Below are positions 8,971 through 17,760 of a stretch of DNA of 58,493 nt, in pieces (the stretch's first letter is position 1; the number at the start of each line of letters is the position of its first letter). The DNA is from an uncultured Lentisphaeraceae bacterium (lineage in GTDB: Bacteria; Verrucomicrobiota; Kiritimatiellia; RFP12; UBA1067). The notes under the pieces are model-generated. The model searched no databases, had not been told where the DNA came from, and saw only the letters and a program-made list of their open reading frames with translations. The position numbers were made by a program, and so were the translations under genes. The DNA lies in NCBI GenBank assembly GCA_964390795.1, contig CAYMLQ010000003.1, forward strand, positions 1 through 58,493, given 5' to 3'.

Positions 8971-10713
8971 CTATTCTGCCGCACGATCCGCTGGCGCTGC
9001 GTGCCACACCGGTATCAGCAATACCCGTGCCTCGGTTTCACTTCCGGAACCGGCCAACCCCCACAGCACGCTCCAACGGTGCTGTTCGTCATCTCCCATT
9101 CCACGACGGAACCAGGAAGCCAGTAGCGGAATCCGCCAGTACGTGAAATCCGACCGCTTGTCGCCCACATGTCTCAACAGTCCGCACAACGTTCCATAAT
9201 AGTGCCTGTCAGGATTAGACTCGGCACGCAGAAGCAACCCGTCTGCGATCGTCATTCCAAAAAACTGACTTCCGCCGTCAACATCGAGCAGATGCCCGCC
9301 ACCTAGCTCAAGGCCGCTCGAATGTCCCTCAAAGGATGGGAAACGAATCGGCCACGGCAAATCCGAAAACCTGGAAGCGCACCAGGAGGGACGCTCGGCA
9401 TCCACTTGGCTCGCAACCCCAAGCGCTGCGCTCGCCTCACAGCTCGCCGCTCGACCCACGGCGGAGCCAGCCCATACGACCGCCACCAGACGGCTATTCT
9501 GCTGGACACACCACGGCGTATCGCCGTAGCCAGCTTTCAGGCGTTTCCTAACCTGCCGGCAAAAAGAACGAGCCATGTCGGGACGCTCCCAATAGCTCAG
9601 CCAAACGGTTTCTGATACCCCAATCCCGTCCTTGAGCAAATAGACCCGATCCCCCATCCACCCTTTCAGAAAACCGAACTCGCTGGCCAGAGCCATCGTG
9701 TCGCCACCCAACCATAAAGCCGTTCCAAGGGCTCCCAAGCTATTCGTCGAAACACCTGACGTCGCATAACAGAAAAGGCGACTGTCAGGCTCGATCACAG
9801 CGGGCTTGAACGAGCGCATATAGCGCCGCTCAGGATAGAGGATTTCAGCCGTCGTGCGCGGCAGGCGCCGGCGGTAGATGTCGTCGATCGCCTGCCAGCC
9901 AGCCTCGCGCCGGATGCGGTTCACAAACACCCCGCCGTCCAGATACGGCCGCAGCAGCGTACCGCTCAAAAAGGGCGGGCAATCCCCCATCTCCTCCGTC
10001 ATCTGGCCCGACAAATCGACAGCAGCCATGACCCGCACCGCCAGATTGCCCAACGGCGTTGCCGTGTTGACCGGAACCTCGGCAAATACACTGTCAAGGC
10101 CCACCAAGACGGCCGTTCCCTCGATAACGGAGGTCAGCGCCAGACTGCGGTCAAAACTGGAAAGTGACTCGGTGGTCAAGCGCTCCAAGCCAAATTGGCT
10201 GTCGTCCACCGCATGGCAGAACTCGTGCACGTACACGAAACGCTCCATGCCTGGGAGCGCAGCACTGTTGGTGCCCCCCCCACCACTGCCCTCAACATAC
10301 GCGACGCGCTTTTTCTCAGGATCATAGTAAGCGGCGATCTGCTCGCTCATAACCTTCAAATAGACGGATTTCAGATCGCCGTCAGGCTTCAGGATGCGAA
10401 ACTGCCTCAGCAGCGCCTCCGTTTCGGACAGAAAAACGCGGTTTTCCTCTTTATCCAGCTCGCATGTGAGCGTCTTCTGCAGCTGTTCGGACGTCTCGCG
10501 CTCAATAACCACTGCCTGTTTCAGCGGCAGGCCGCGCAGCTGTTCTGCCAAAGCCTGGTCGCGCTGGCACTGTACGTGCCGGTCAGCGCTGCGCGCGACC
10601 GGAATCGAACTGCAGCCGGACAACCCAACCGCTACCCCGGCACCCCCAAAGAAAACGCCTAAAAGACGCGCCATCACTCCGCAACGCATACGACCGCAAA
10701 AACTAATTTTCAT
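8971..10713 (-). CDS. Putative lipoprotein with a zinc-metallopeptidase (HEXXH) domain and an aromatic-rich C-terminal region
   Basis: Lipobox-like LSGC after a hydrophobic stretch, HEFCH followed by VIEGTA (gluzincin-like third ligand), and AYYDP. The ATG at 10713 has an AGGAAG RBS; 10752 is an alternative start. Confidence 0.65.
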   Translation of the reverse strand: MKISFCGRMRCGVMARLLGVFFGGAGVAVGLSGCSSIPVARSADRHVQCQRDQALAEQLRGLPLKQAVVIERETSEQLQKTLTCELDKEENRVFLSETEALLRQFRILKPDGDLKSVYLKVMSEQIAAYYDPEKKRVAYVEGSGGGGTNSAALPGMERFVYVHEFCHAVDDSQFGLERLTTESLSSFDRSLALTSVIEGTAVLVGLDSVFAEVPVNTATPLGNLAVRVMAAVDLSGQMTEEMGDCPPFLSGTLLRPYLDGGVFVNRIRREAGWQAIDDIYRRRLPRTTAEILYPERRYMRSFKPAVIEPDSRLFCYATSGVSTNSLGALGTALWLGGDTMALASEFGFLKGWMGDRVYLLKDGIGVSETVWLSYWERPDMARSFCRQVRKRLKAGYGDTPWCVQQNSRLVAVVWAGSAVGRAASCEASAALGVASQVDAERPSWCASRFSDLPWPIRFPSFEGHSSGLELGGGHLLDVDGGSQFFGMTIADGLLLRAESNPDRHYYGTLCGLLRHVGDKRSDFTYWRIPLLASWFRRGMGDDEQHRWSVLWGLAGSGSETEARVLLIPVWHAAPADRAAE

Positions 10714-10794
10714 TATACGCACTTCCTGCTTGTAACTTGTTCGGGAAATCATAAGAATTTAGCCAATAAACAGCAATGATAATCGTTTCTCATT

Positions 10795-11376
10795 ATGAAA
10801 CACGTGATGCCAGATGAAGCGACAAGCGATGCGGACTTGCTGCATGCCTTTTCAAAAGGCGATGCGGCCGCGCTGGACATGTTGGTGGGACGGTATAGGG
10901 TAGCGCTCTTTTCTTGGTTCGTGGGCATGACCGGTAACCGAGCGGACGCCGAAGACCTCTTTCAGGATCTTTGGTTCCGGGTGATCAGGCATGCTGACCG
11001 TTTCAACGATGTGTCTTTTAAGGCTTGGCTGTGGAAGATCGCTCGAAACCTCATCATCGATTTCCGGCGTAAAAAGAAACCCGATATCAGTTTGGATGCG
11101 GTCGAGAGCGAAGATGACCAGCCCCTGCTAGACCAACTGCGCGCTTCCGACAAAGGTCCTGCCGAACGGGTGGAGCGAGAAGACTTGGCAAAGCGCGTGT
11201 TGCGCGCCGTGGCCACGCTTCCCGAGGTGCAGCGTGATGTGTTTCTGATGCGTGTGCAAGGGGATCTGTCTTTTGGCGAGATCGCCTTGACGCTGAAGAT
11301 TCCCTTAAACACGGCTTTGGGGCGCATGCACGACGCGATGACAAAACTGAAGAGAATGCTTTCCGAGGAGATCTAA
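10795..11376 (+). CDS. ECF (sigma-70 group 4) RNA polymerase sigma factor
   Basis: Region 2 DAEDLFQDLW and SFKAWLWKIARNLIIDFRR; region 4 LPEVQRDVFLMR...LSFGEIALTLKIPLNT. Confidence 0.92.
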   Translation: MKHVMPDEATSDADLLHAFSKGDAAALDMLVGRYRVALFSWFVGMTGNRADAEDLFQDLWFRVIRHADRFNDVSFKAWLWKIARNLIIDFRRKKKPDISLDAVESEDDQPLLDQLRASDKGPAERVEREDLAKRVLRAVATLPEVQRDVFLMRVQGDLSFGEIALTLKIPLNTALGRMHDAMTKLKRMLSEEI

Positions 11377-11378
11377 CC

Positions 11379-11810
11379 ATGAAAAACCAGACCGAACACA
11401 TTGACCTGACAAGCCTCGAGCGAGACCTTGAGCGGATCGCACCGATCGTGCGTCAGGGTTTTCGTCAAATGGGCGGCCCCTCTGAAACAGTCTTGCAGGC
11501 CATTCACGACAAGGCTGCCGCACAGCTTTTCAAGCAGCGCAGATATCGCCTCCACCTCCCCCTCTTCCGGGCTCTGGCCGCTGCGGCCACGCTCGCGCTT
11601 CTCTTGGGAGGTGCCGTGCAGACCCACCTCTCCAGGCAGGCTGGCGCACACGCACTGACGGTCAGCCATGTGCTCCAAATCGGTTCGCCGCACGCCTCTG
11701 CCGGCCCCGTCGCCGGCACGACCGAGATCGCCGCCCGTCTGCTCGACATACAGGGACTGGACGACGAGGCTTTCTTCAGTCCCGAGGAAACGGAAGCGCT
11801 TTGGCTGTAG
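11379..11810 (+). CDS. Putative membrane-anchored anti-sigma factor
   Basis: Begins 2 bp after the ECF sigma gene and has one hydrophobic segment (ALAAAATLALLLGG). The function is inferred from context. Confidence 0.55.
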   Translation: MKNQTEHIDLTSLERDLERIAPIVRQGFRQMGGPSETVLQAIHDKAAAQLFKQRRYRLHLPLFRALAAAATLALLLGGAVQTHLSRQAGAHALTVSHVLQIGSPHASAGPVAGTTEIAARLLDIQGLDDEAFFSPEETEALWL

Positions 11811-12129
11811 CCCAGAGCTTTTCAATCGCATAATACGCGCGCGCTTCTGTTGAAAAGACATGCACCACGGCATGCACGTAGTCCACAACGACCCAGCCGC
11901 TGTCGGATTCACCAGACGTGCGGTAACTGGTAATGCCCAGCGCCTTTAAGTGGCTCTGGCTCTCGCTGATCAGCGCTTTCAGATGCGGCCCCGAAGTTCC
12001 CGTGGCGACCACATAGAAATCCGTCACTGTCGAAAGGCCGCGCACGTCAAAGATCCGTATGTCGTGGGCCTGTTTAGAGTCCAGGGCCTTGGCCGCCTCA
12101 ATCGCAATTTGTTCCGAGTTAATGTTCAT
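11776..12129 (-). CDS. rsfS: Ribosome silencing factor (Iojap/RsfS)
   Basis: KALDSKQAHDIRIFDV, TDFYVVATG, WVVVDY and VHVF...RAYYAIEKLW. It follows nadD with an ATGA overlap. Confidence 0.93.
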   Translation of the reverse strand: MNINSEQIAIEAAKALDSKQAHDIRIFDVRGLSTVTDFYVVATGTSGPHLKALISESQSHLKALGITSYRTSGESDSGWVVVDYVHAVVHVFSTEARAYYAIEKLWATAKALPFPRD

Positions 12130-12749
12130 TCCTCCTTTTTCTGCACGTACAAGCCGCGGATCCGGATATAGGTTTCCACCGCAGGGCATACAAGATAGCG
12201 GATCGACCTCCCTTCCGCAATTCTTCTCCTGATCTCAGAGGAAGAAATATCGCACAGGCGTCCGCGAATCACATTTGACAAGAGCCGATGTCGCACCTCC
12301 TCCGGGAACGCGAGCGCATCACCAGACACCGGCACATCGATTCCCGGCCGCTCTACGGAGATGACCTCGCACATCGTCAGCATCTCGCCGACCTGATGCC
12401 AATGGCTCAGCTCGCGCAGGGCGTCCATACCGATAATGAACGACAAGCGATCTCCCGGATACCGCTGCCTAAGCGCTCGAACGGTGTCGACCGCATAGGA
12501 GATTCCACCCCGCTCCAGTTCGACCGGGCAAGGTTCAAACAGGTTATCCCCTTCCACACTCAGCCGGACCATCTCCATTCGGTCACTGCCGGACGCCACG
12601 TCCAGTGCCCCACGCTTGAACGGGGAAACATGACTGGGCAGCAACAGCACGCGGTCGAGCCCGAACGCCTCCGCCACCGCCCGACCGGCGAGCAGATGTC
12701 CGAGATGGATCGGGTTGAAGGAGCCTCCGAGAATACCGATATGCCGCAT
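12126..12749 (-). CDS. nadD: Nicotinate-nucleotide adenylyltransferase
   Basis: GGSFNPIHLGH, SYAVDT, FIIGMD and ISSSEIR. The start is 12749 (ATG) or 12758 (GTG). Confidence 0.95.
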   Translation of the reverse strand: MRHIGILGGSFNPIHLGHLLAGRAVAEAFGLDRVLLLPSHVSPFKRGALDVASGSDRMEMVRLSVEGDNLFEPCPVELERGGISYAVDTVRALRQRYPGDRLSFIIGMDALRELSHWHQVGEMLTMCEVISVERPGIDVPVSGDALAFPEEVRHRLLSNVIRGRLCDISSSEIRRRIAEGRSIRYLVCPAVETYIRIRGLYVQKKEE

Positions 12750-12764
12750 GGTCTCCACTCCTGC

Positions 12765-13874
12765 TTATACGCCACTACCGACGGCCACACCGGTCTCGCC
12801 ATCGAAATAGAGCGCGTGCTCTAGGTCGAGCGGCAAAGACACGGCCGCTCCGGGCGTGAACACGCGGTCCGCGCCAACACGCGCGACAACGCGGGTTCCG
12901 CACCCGGCAACCACCTGGACGAACGTTTCCGAACCCATGGGCTCCACGACGTCCACCGTCCCACAGACCACCGCCCCGCCTGCCGCACAAACAGGGGAGC
13001 CGAGCGCCTCAGGTCTGAAGCCGACCACCATGTCGCGCTCCGCATATGCTTCCAGCGCGTGTGCGTCAGGCTCCGGCACCCGCAGGAGTCCAGATCCGTG
13101 CGAGAACTGGCATCCACCTGACGGAAGTCGCACCACTCTGCCACGCAGAAAATTCATCGGCGGGGTTCCGATAAAGCCGCCAACAAACATATTTGCCGGC
13201 CGCCGATATACGTCCAAAGGCGGAGCGGCCTGTTGAATTCTGCCCTGATGCATGACCACGATGCGGTCACCCATGGTCATGGCTTCCATCTGGTCGTGTG
13301 TCACATAGATCATCGTCGCACCCAACCTGCGGTGCAGGCGGCTGATCTCGCTGCGCATCTCCACGCGCATCTTGGCGTCCAGATTCGAGAGCGGCTCGTC
13401 GAACAGGAAAACCTTGGGCTTGCGCACGATCGCCCGTCCCACGGCCACGCGCTGGCGCTGACCCCCGGAAAGCTGCTTCGGCAAGCGCAGCAGCAGGTCG
13501 CCAAGCCCGAGGATGTCGGCCGCCACCCCCACCCGCTCCGCGATTTCTTTTGCTGCCACTTTGCGCAGCTTGAGTCCGAACGCCATGTTGTCGAACACCG
13601 TCATGTGCGGGTAGAGCGCGTAGTTCTGAAAGACCATGGCGATATCGCGATCCTTCGGCGCCACGGTGTTCACGCAGCGTCCATCGATATGGACGGTTCC
13701 GGACGTTATCTCCTCCAGCCCTGCGACCATACGCAGGGTCGTCGACTTGCCGCAGCCGGAGGGCCCCACAAGCACAAGGAACTCGCCGCTCCCGACCGTC
13801 AGGCTGAAATGGTCGACGGCAAGGGCTCCGCCCTCATACCGCTTGCAAACCTGCTTTAATACGACTTCAGCCAT
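12765..13874 (-). CDS. Carbohydrate ABC transporter ATP-binding protein (MalK/MsmK/UgpC family)
   Basis: [33 protein letters not shown] and the MalK-family FIGTPPMN. Confidence 0.92.
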   Translation of the reverse strand: MAEVVLKQVCKRYEGGALAVDHFSLTVGSGEFLVLVGPSGCGKSTTLRMVAGLEEITSGTVHIDGRCVNTVAPKDRDIAMVFQNYALYPHMTVFDNMAFGLKLRKVAAKEIAERVGVAADILGLGDLLLRLPKQLSGGQRQRVAVGRAIVRKPKVFLFDEPLSNLDAKMRVEMRSEISRLHRRLGATMIYVTHDQMEAMTMGDRIVVMHQGRIQQAAPPLDVYRRPANMFVGGFIGTPPMNFLRGRVVRLPSGGCQFSHGSGLLRVPEPDAHALEAYAERDMVVGFRPEALGSPVCAAGGAVVCGTVDVVEPMGSETFVQVVAGCGTRVVARVGADRVFTPGAAVSLPLDLEHALYFDGETGVAVGSGV

Positions 13875-13881
13875 AGCGCTC

Positions 13882-14178
13882 CTAAAGCAGCATCCGTACG
13901 CCGGGCACCTGTTTCACCGCCGCGTCAAACGCGTGCATCTCGTCGCGGCTCCGCATCGTCACCGAAACGCTGAACGCCTGATACCGGCCCGTCGCCGAGG
14001 CCTGCGAGGACGCCAGCGGCACGGTGACCCGATACACAGCGAGCAACGCCTTCAAGGCATCCTCGGCGGAGGACTGCGCTTCGACGATGATCCTGAAGTG
14101 GAACTCGGCCGGATAGGCCACCTCCTGCTGGGCCGACGCACGCACGCGGTCAAAGCGATCTTTCTCGACTAAACTCAT
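13882..14178 (-). CDS. DUF493/YbeD-like small ACT-fold protein
   Basis: 98 aa with [23 protein letters not shown] and a C-terminal VPGVRMLL, the YbeD pattern. Confidence 0.7.
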   Translation of the reverse strand: MSLVEKDRFDRVRASAQQEVAYPAEFHFRIIVEAQSSAEDALKALLAVYRVTVPLASSQASATGRYQAFSVSVTMRSRDEMHAFDAAVKQVPGVRMLL

Positions 14179-14274
14179 GAGCCTCAGTGTAACCTGTCCG
14201 GCCCTCGCCAACAAGCCTGCGCTCGCCGCAATCCAGCACTTGGGTGCGATAAAACTTTGTTGAATCCGCACCCG

Positions 14275-14302
14275 ATTTAGGAGTTAGGAGTTAGGAGTTG
14301 CA
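14275..14302 (+). repeat. Heptamer tandem repeat (AGTTAGG)
   Basis: ATTTAGG AGTTAGG AGTTAGG AGTTGCA. Confidence 0.85.
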
Positions 14303-14443
14303 ATACCTTGAAGATGAATAGCGTATACGATCCGTAAAACGGCAGGTTAGAGTGTCTGTAGGATGAGGACGCCATTTTTCCCCGTGCCAAGGCGCAAAGC
14401 CCGCTAAGTTTACAACTTCTGTCATCCGATTTCCAAACCGTCT

Positions 14444-14716
14444 TCATCTTCCAAACAAATCCGCATGTGTCCCCGTTCTTTCAAGCAAAAGGGTTTCGAT
14501 CCCCGGCGTATAAATAAGAATCCAGTCCGGTTCGACGTGGCAGTCGCGTGATGGAGCCCATGCGCCAATGAGCGGATGATCGCGGTATTGGGGGGAAAGA
14601 GGCTTTCCGTCTGCTAATAGACGGACAATAACTTGGAGCTTGAGCAAATCCTTGCCCCGCTTTCGCATTCGCTTCACATCGCGGTGAAACTGCTTGGTTT
14701 GCGAAACCTGTTTCAC
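14444..14716 (-). CDS. yafQ: Type II toxin, YafQ/RelE family mRNA interferase
   Basis: FHRDVKRMRKRG, YRDHPLIG, RDCHVEPDWILIY and RTGTHADLF. The GTG start overlaps the antitoxin TGA (GTGA). Confidence 0.9.
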   Translation of the reverse strand: MKQVSQTKQFHRDVKRMRKRGKDLLKLQVIVRLLADGKPLSPQYRDHPLIGAWAPSRDCHVEPDWILIYTPGIETLLLERTGTHADLFGR

Positions 14717-14970
14717 TTCTCCCAACTCTCGAAGAGGTCGTCAAGGGTGTCGAACGTTTCCACGTCTTCACCTCGGCGACTCTTAGCAAGAGTTGCCGCG
14801 GTTCTTTCATTAGGAATTGAAACGGCGAACGGAAGTCCGCGCCGGAGAGTGATTTGGCGATAGAAGATGCCGATCGCATCCGTCGGGCTGATTCCGAGGC
14901 TTTGAAGCACATCTTCAGCCTGAATCTTCACCTGTGGCTCGATTCGTGCGTGTATGACTGCTGTTTTCAT
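14713..14970 (-). CDS. dinJ: Type II antitoxin, RelB/DinJ family
   Basis: 85 aa, MKTAVIHARIEPQVK...LGISPTDAIGIFYRQI...GLPFAVSIPNERT...FDTLDDLF, directly upstream of the yafQ-like toxin. Confidence 0.9.
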   Translation of the reverse strand: MKTAVIHARIEPQVKIQAEDVLQSLGISPTDAIGIFYRQITLRRGLPFAVSIPNERTAATLAKSRRGEDVETFDTLDDLFESWEK

Positions 14971-14976
14971 GGGTTC

Positions 14977-15006
14977 ATTGTGACACAATCGCAACACGTG
15001 GGTCAA
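14977..15006 (-). promoter_or_regulatory. Putative toxin-antitoxin promoter with an overlapping palindromic operator
   Basis: Minus strand TTGACC-18 bp-CACAAT. The palindrome ATTGTG-A-CACAAT at 14977-14989 covers the -10 element, which is the usual geometry for autorepression. Confidence 0.6.
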
Positions 15007-15056
15007 GTCGTGTCTTGGTATTCTCTTTCCAGATTTCTCCCAGCAGCTATTTTTCG

Positions 15057-15121
15057 CACGCCAATACCCCAAGACGCCAAGGGGTCCAATAACCTTTGCG
15101 TCTTCGGGTCTTCTTGGCGTG
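15057..15121. repeat. Imperfect inverted repeat built from GCCAAG/GCAAAG-type units (REP-like)
   Basis: CACGCCAA...CCAAGACGCCAAGG pairs with CCTTTGCGTCTTCGGG...TTGGCGTG. A related half-unit, GCCAAGGCGCAAAG, lies at 14386-14399. Confidence 0.6.
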
Positions 15122-15551
15122 AACCAATCTACCCGGTGCCTAGCCGTCCGTCGTTCGGCTGTCTTAGACCTGGCAAAATACGATGCCGTAAGGAGTTCAC
15201 GCGCTACTTCCAGTGCGCGGGTTTCGCGATGTTGCTGACAGATAGGCGTCCAGACGCAATCCGCGGGTTCGGCGGACAAAACGATACTGAACATTAACGT
15301 ATGAAACAGTTGATCATAGCAAGGGTGTTTCATCACATTAAAGTTACGCGAATACGTAAACATCTGAAAATCAATGAGTGGCACGCTCGCCGACCAGTCG
15401 GCTGGCATGACGCGGCAAATTGTCGTGACGCGCGGGTTTGACGTTATGAACAGCCAAGCTGTACATAACGACCAGACGGTTTTTGTGGACACCCATATTT
15501 TACCCCCACTTCGCTCTTGCCCGCCGCGCCAATACACGGCATCATACTGGC

Positions 15552-16064
15552 ATGCGAAAGGTACACGTCATTTTGTCCGCTCTGGCAGCCATCCTCCTCA
15601 GCGGGTGCCAGAATCCGATGGAGAGCCCGTACATGACCGTAAAGGAGTCGGGGCTGAACTGGGTTGAGATCCGCCAATACACACTGGGCACCCATACGCA
15701 GCGCGTCCGCGTGCGCATCGACGGCAACGGAATCGTCACGGTGCGCGAAGGCACCAGCCCTCTCGTGGGCAATCCCTTTGCCAACGACATCAACAACGAA
15801 AATTGGGGCGACATCCGGGAAACCCGCTTGACCATCCCGCGCGAAGAGGCCGTTCTGCTCTTCCAGAAGTTAGTGGACTGCGGCCTGTTCGTGAAGCAGG
15901 AAAAGTCGAAGGAAGCGCCGGAAGACGTCTCGCTTTTCGTTTCAGCCAACATCCAAAACAAGACGGCGGGATCGAGCGACCCTGTGTCAGACCCGGATCT
16001 GATCGAGCACCTGAAAATGCAGGTGATGATGTTCTATCATCCGACACCCCACCGGAAACGCTGA
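15552..16064 (+). CDS. Hypothetical lipoprotein
   Basis: Signal peptide with lipobox MRKVHVILSALAAILLSG-C. No family recognised. Confidence 0.7.
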   Translation: MRKVHVILSALAAILLSGCQNPMESPYMTVKESGLNWVEIRQYTLGTHTQRVRVRIDGNGIVTVREGTSPLVGNPFANDINNENWGDIRETRLTIPREEAVLLFQKLVDCGLFVKQEKSKEAPEDVSLFVSANIQNKTAGSSDPVSDPDLIEHLKMQVMMFYHPTPHRKR

Positions 16065-16065
16065 T

Positions 16066-17760
16066 ATGAGAAGAGCTTCGCTTCTGCTTCGTGCACCCCG
16101 CCTTTTGCGCCTCGCCTGCGTGTTTGCGCTGAGTCTTGCCGCACAGCTCTCCCATGCCGAACGTCTGTTCATCGGCATTCTGGAGGCGGACAGCTACCAG
16201 TCCGTGATCTACGGCGCCTCCGCCTTCAGCCGGGTCGCAGACCTGCCCATCGCGTTGGAAATGATCAACGCCGAACTCTCCAAGAACCTCCTGCTGCCTT
16301 CGTTCGCCTGTGTCGCCTCGGGCGACCTCTTGCGCATTGTACAGACGGTCGATCCGGCGTTGCCCCGGAGCGAGGACAACCCGGCCAATGTGGCGCTCAT
16401 CCCGCTCTCCGGTGGCGCGGCAGGCGTTCACGACCTGTTCGCCGCAGCCTACACGGTGCGGCGTGAGAACGGACTTTACACCAGTTATGAAAAGCCGTCT
16501 GACACCAATCTCGCGCCGCGCGTCACCCTCGCCGTGTCAGGCCGGTTTCTGCTGACTTCGACCTCAAAAGAGGCGCTTGCCTGGGCCTGGGAGAACCGGT
16601 CCCGGCTGATCGACGCACCCTCCCAGAGCATACCGGGAACCTTGCGCATGCTGGTCAATCCGCAACGGTTCGCCGACCTGCTCGGCTCCAGAAGTGAGAA
16701 GGCCGCCTCGGTGTTCAACTTCGACAAACTGCTGCGCGACTTTGAAACCTGCCTGTTCTCGATCGGCTTGGACGGACAAGCCTTTTGCCTGACTGTGCGC
16801 GGAAAACCCAAAGCGGGCACGCCGCTCGCTTCGCTCGCATCCTCGCTTCGCTCGCCGCAGGGCCGACTCTGGAACGGTCTTCCGGACAACGCTTTTTTTT
16901 CAATGCTAACAGCCTGTGACAACCCGGAGCGGTGGGACACCTACCTCGGAGATACCCGCTTCAGACTCCTTCGGCCGATTGCCGACCTGGCCCCCAAAGA
17001 GGCGTTCAGCGGCGATCACCTGATATACCTTTCGTCCACAAAGGACCAGCAGGGGCTCTGTCTTGTGCAGATTGAGCCGGTCACGAACGCGGCGGCGGTG
17101 AGTGGCGCCATTCAAAAATTGGCGACCGTAAAGAAGAACGACGGTGTGTTTCTGACGCGCGAGCCGGCGCGTTCCTTCGGCCAGGTGCCGATCGAAGCGT
17201 ACTCCGTGGCCCTTCGCCCCCCCGAGGCGGCCGGCAGCGCTAAGCCGGAAGAGCCTTCCACGCTCTTCACGCTCATGTCCCTCTTTATCAAGCAGGCCTT
17301 TATTGAGACGGCGGTGAAGGACGGTCATCTCATCACGGTGCTGGGGCCCGCCCACTCGATCGAGAATGTGCTGGAGAATCTCACGTTCCCTGACAAGGTG
17401 CTGACGCTCAACCGCAAGATCGCCGGCCAAGACGCGGCGCTGAGCGAAACCCTGTGCCTGGGCTCGACGCTGCACATCGTCGGCCTGCTGCGCCACATCG
17501 TCAAGATCATGCCGGGAGTCAAGCCCGAACACCTGCGCTTGCTCCCAGCCGGAGGTGCAGGAGCGACCTTTGGCATGTGCCAAAGCGAAGACCATACGCT
17601 GACGGCCTCGCTCCGGTTTCAAGCGAGCGAAATCGCCGCGCTTCAGCGGATCAACCGCGACGGACGCGAGGTCTTGCAGGAGCTATTCTTCCAAATGTTC
17701 GCGAGTCAAATGCTGAATCTTCAGGCGCCTCGGGCCGTGACTAAGCCCGCTCCCCGCTAA
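16066..17760 (+). CDS. Hypothetical secreted protein (564 aa)
   Basis: N-terminal signal peptide ending SHA-E, 1 bp after the lipoprotein gene, with normal coding bias. No family recognised. Confidence 0.7.
   Translation: MRRASLLLRAPRLLRLACVFALSLAAQLSHAERLFIGILEADSYQSVIYGASAFSRVADLPIALEMINAELSKNLLLPSFACVASGDLLRIVQTVDPALPRSEDNPANVALIPLSGGAAGVHDLFAAAYTVRRENGLYTSYEKPSDTNLAPRVTLAVSGRFLLTSTSKEALAWAWENRSRLIDAPSQSIPGTLRMLVNPQRFADLLGSRSEKAASVFNFDKLLRDFETCLFSIGLDGQAFCLTVRGKPKAGTPLASLASSLRSPQGRLWNGLPDNAFFSMLTACDNPERWDTYLGDTRFRLLRPIADLAPKEAFSGDHLIYLSSTKDQQGLCLVQIEPVTNAAAVSGAIQKLATVKKNDGVFLTREPARSFGQVPIEAYSVALRPPEAAGSAKPEEPSTLFTLMSLFIKQAFIETAVKDGHLITVLGPAHSIENVLENLTFPDKVLTLNRKIAGQDAALSETLCLGSTLHIVGLLRHIVKIMPGVKPEHLRLLPAGGAGATFGMCQSEDHTLTASLRFQASEIAALQRINRDGREVLQELFFQMFASQMLNLQAPRAVTKPAPR

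Noticed and set aside
4441-14302. TTAGG-containing repeats as a CRISPR array or telomere
   Set aside because: The units are 7 bp with no spacers, no cas genes are present, and the arrays are short and internal.
14971-15537. N-terminal extension that would make the antitoxin 274 aa
   Set aside because: DinJ homology starts at 14970, and the extension runs through the promoter and repeats.
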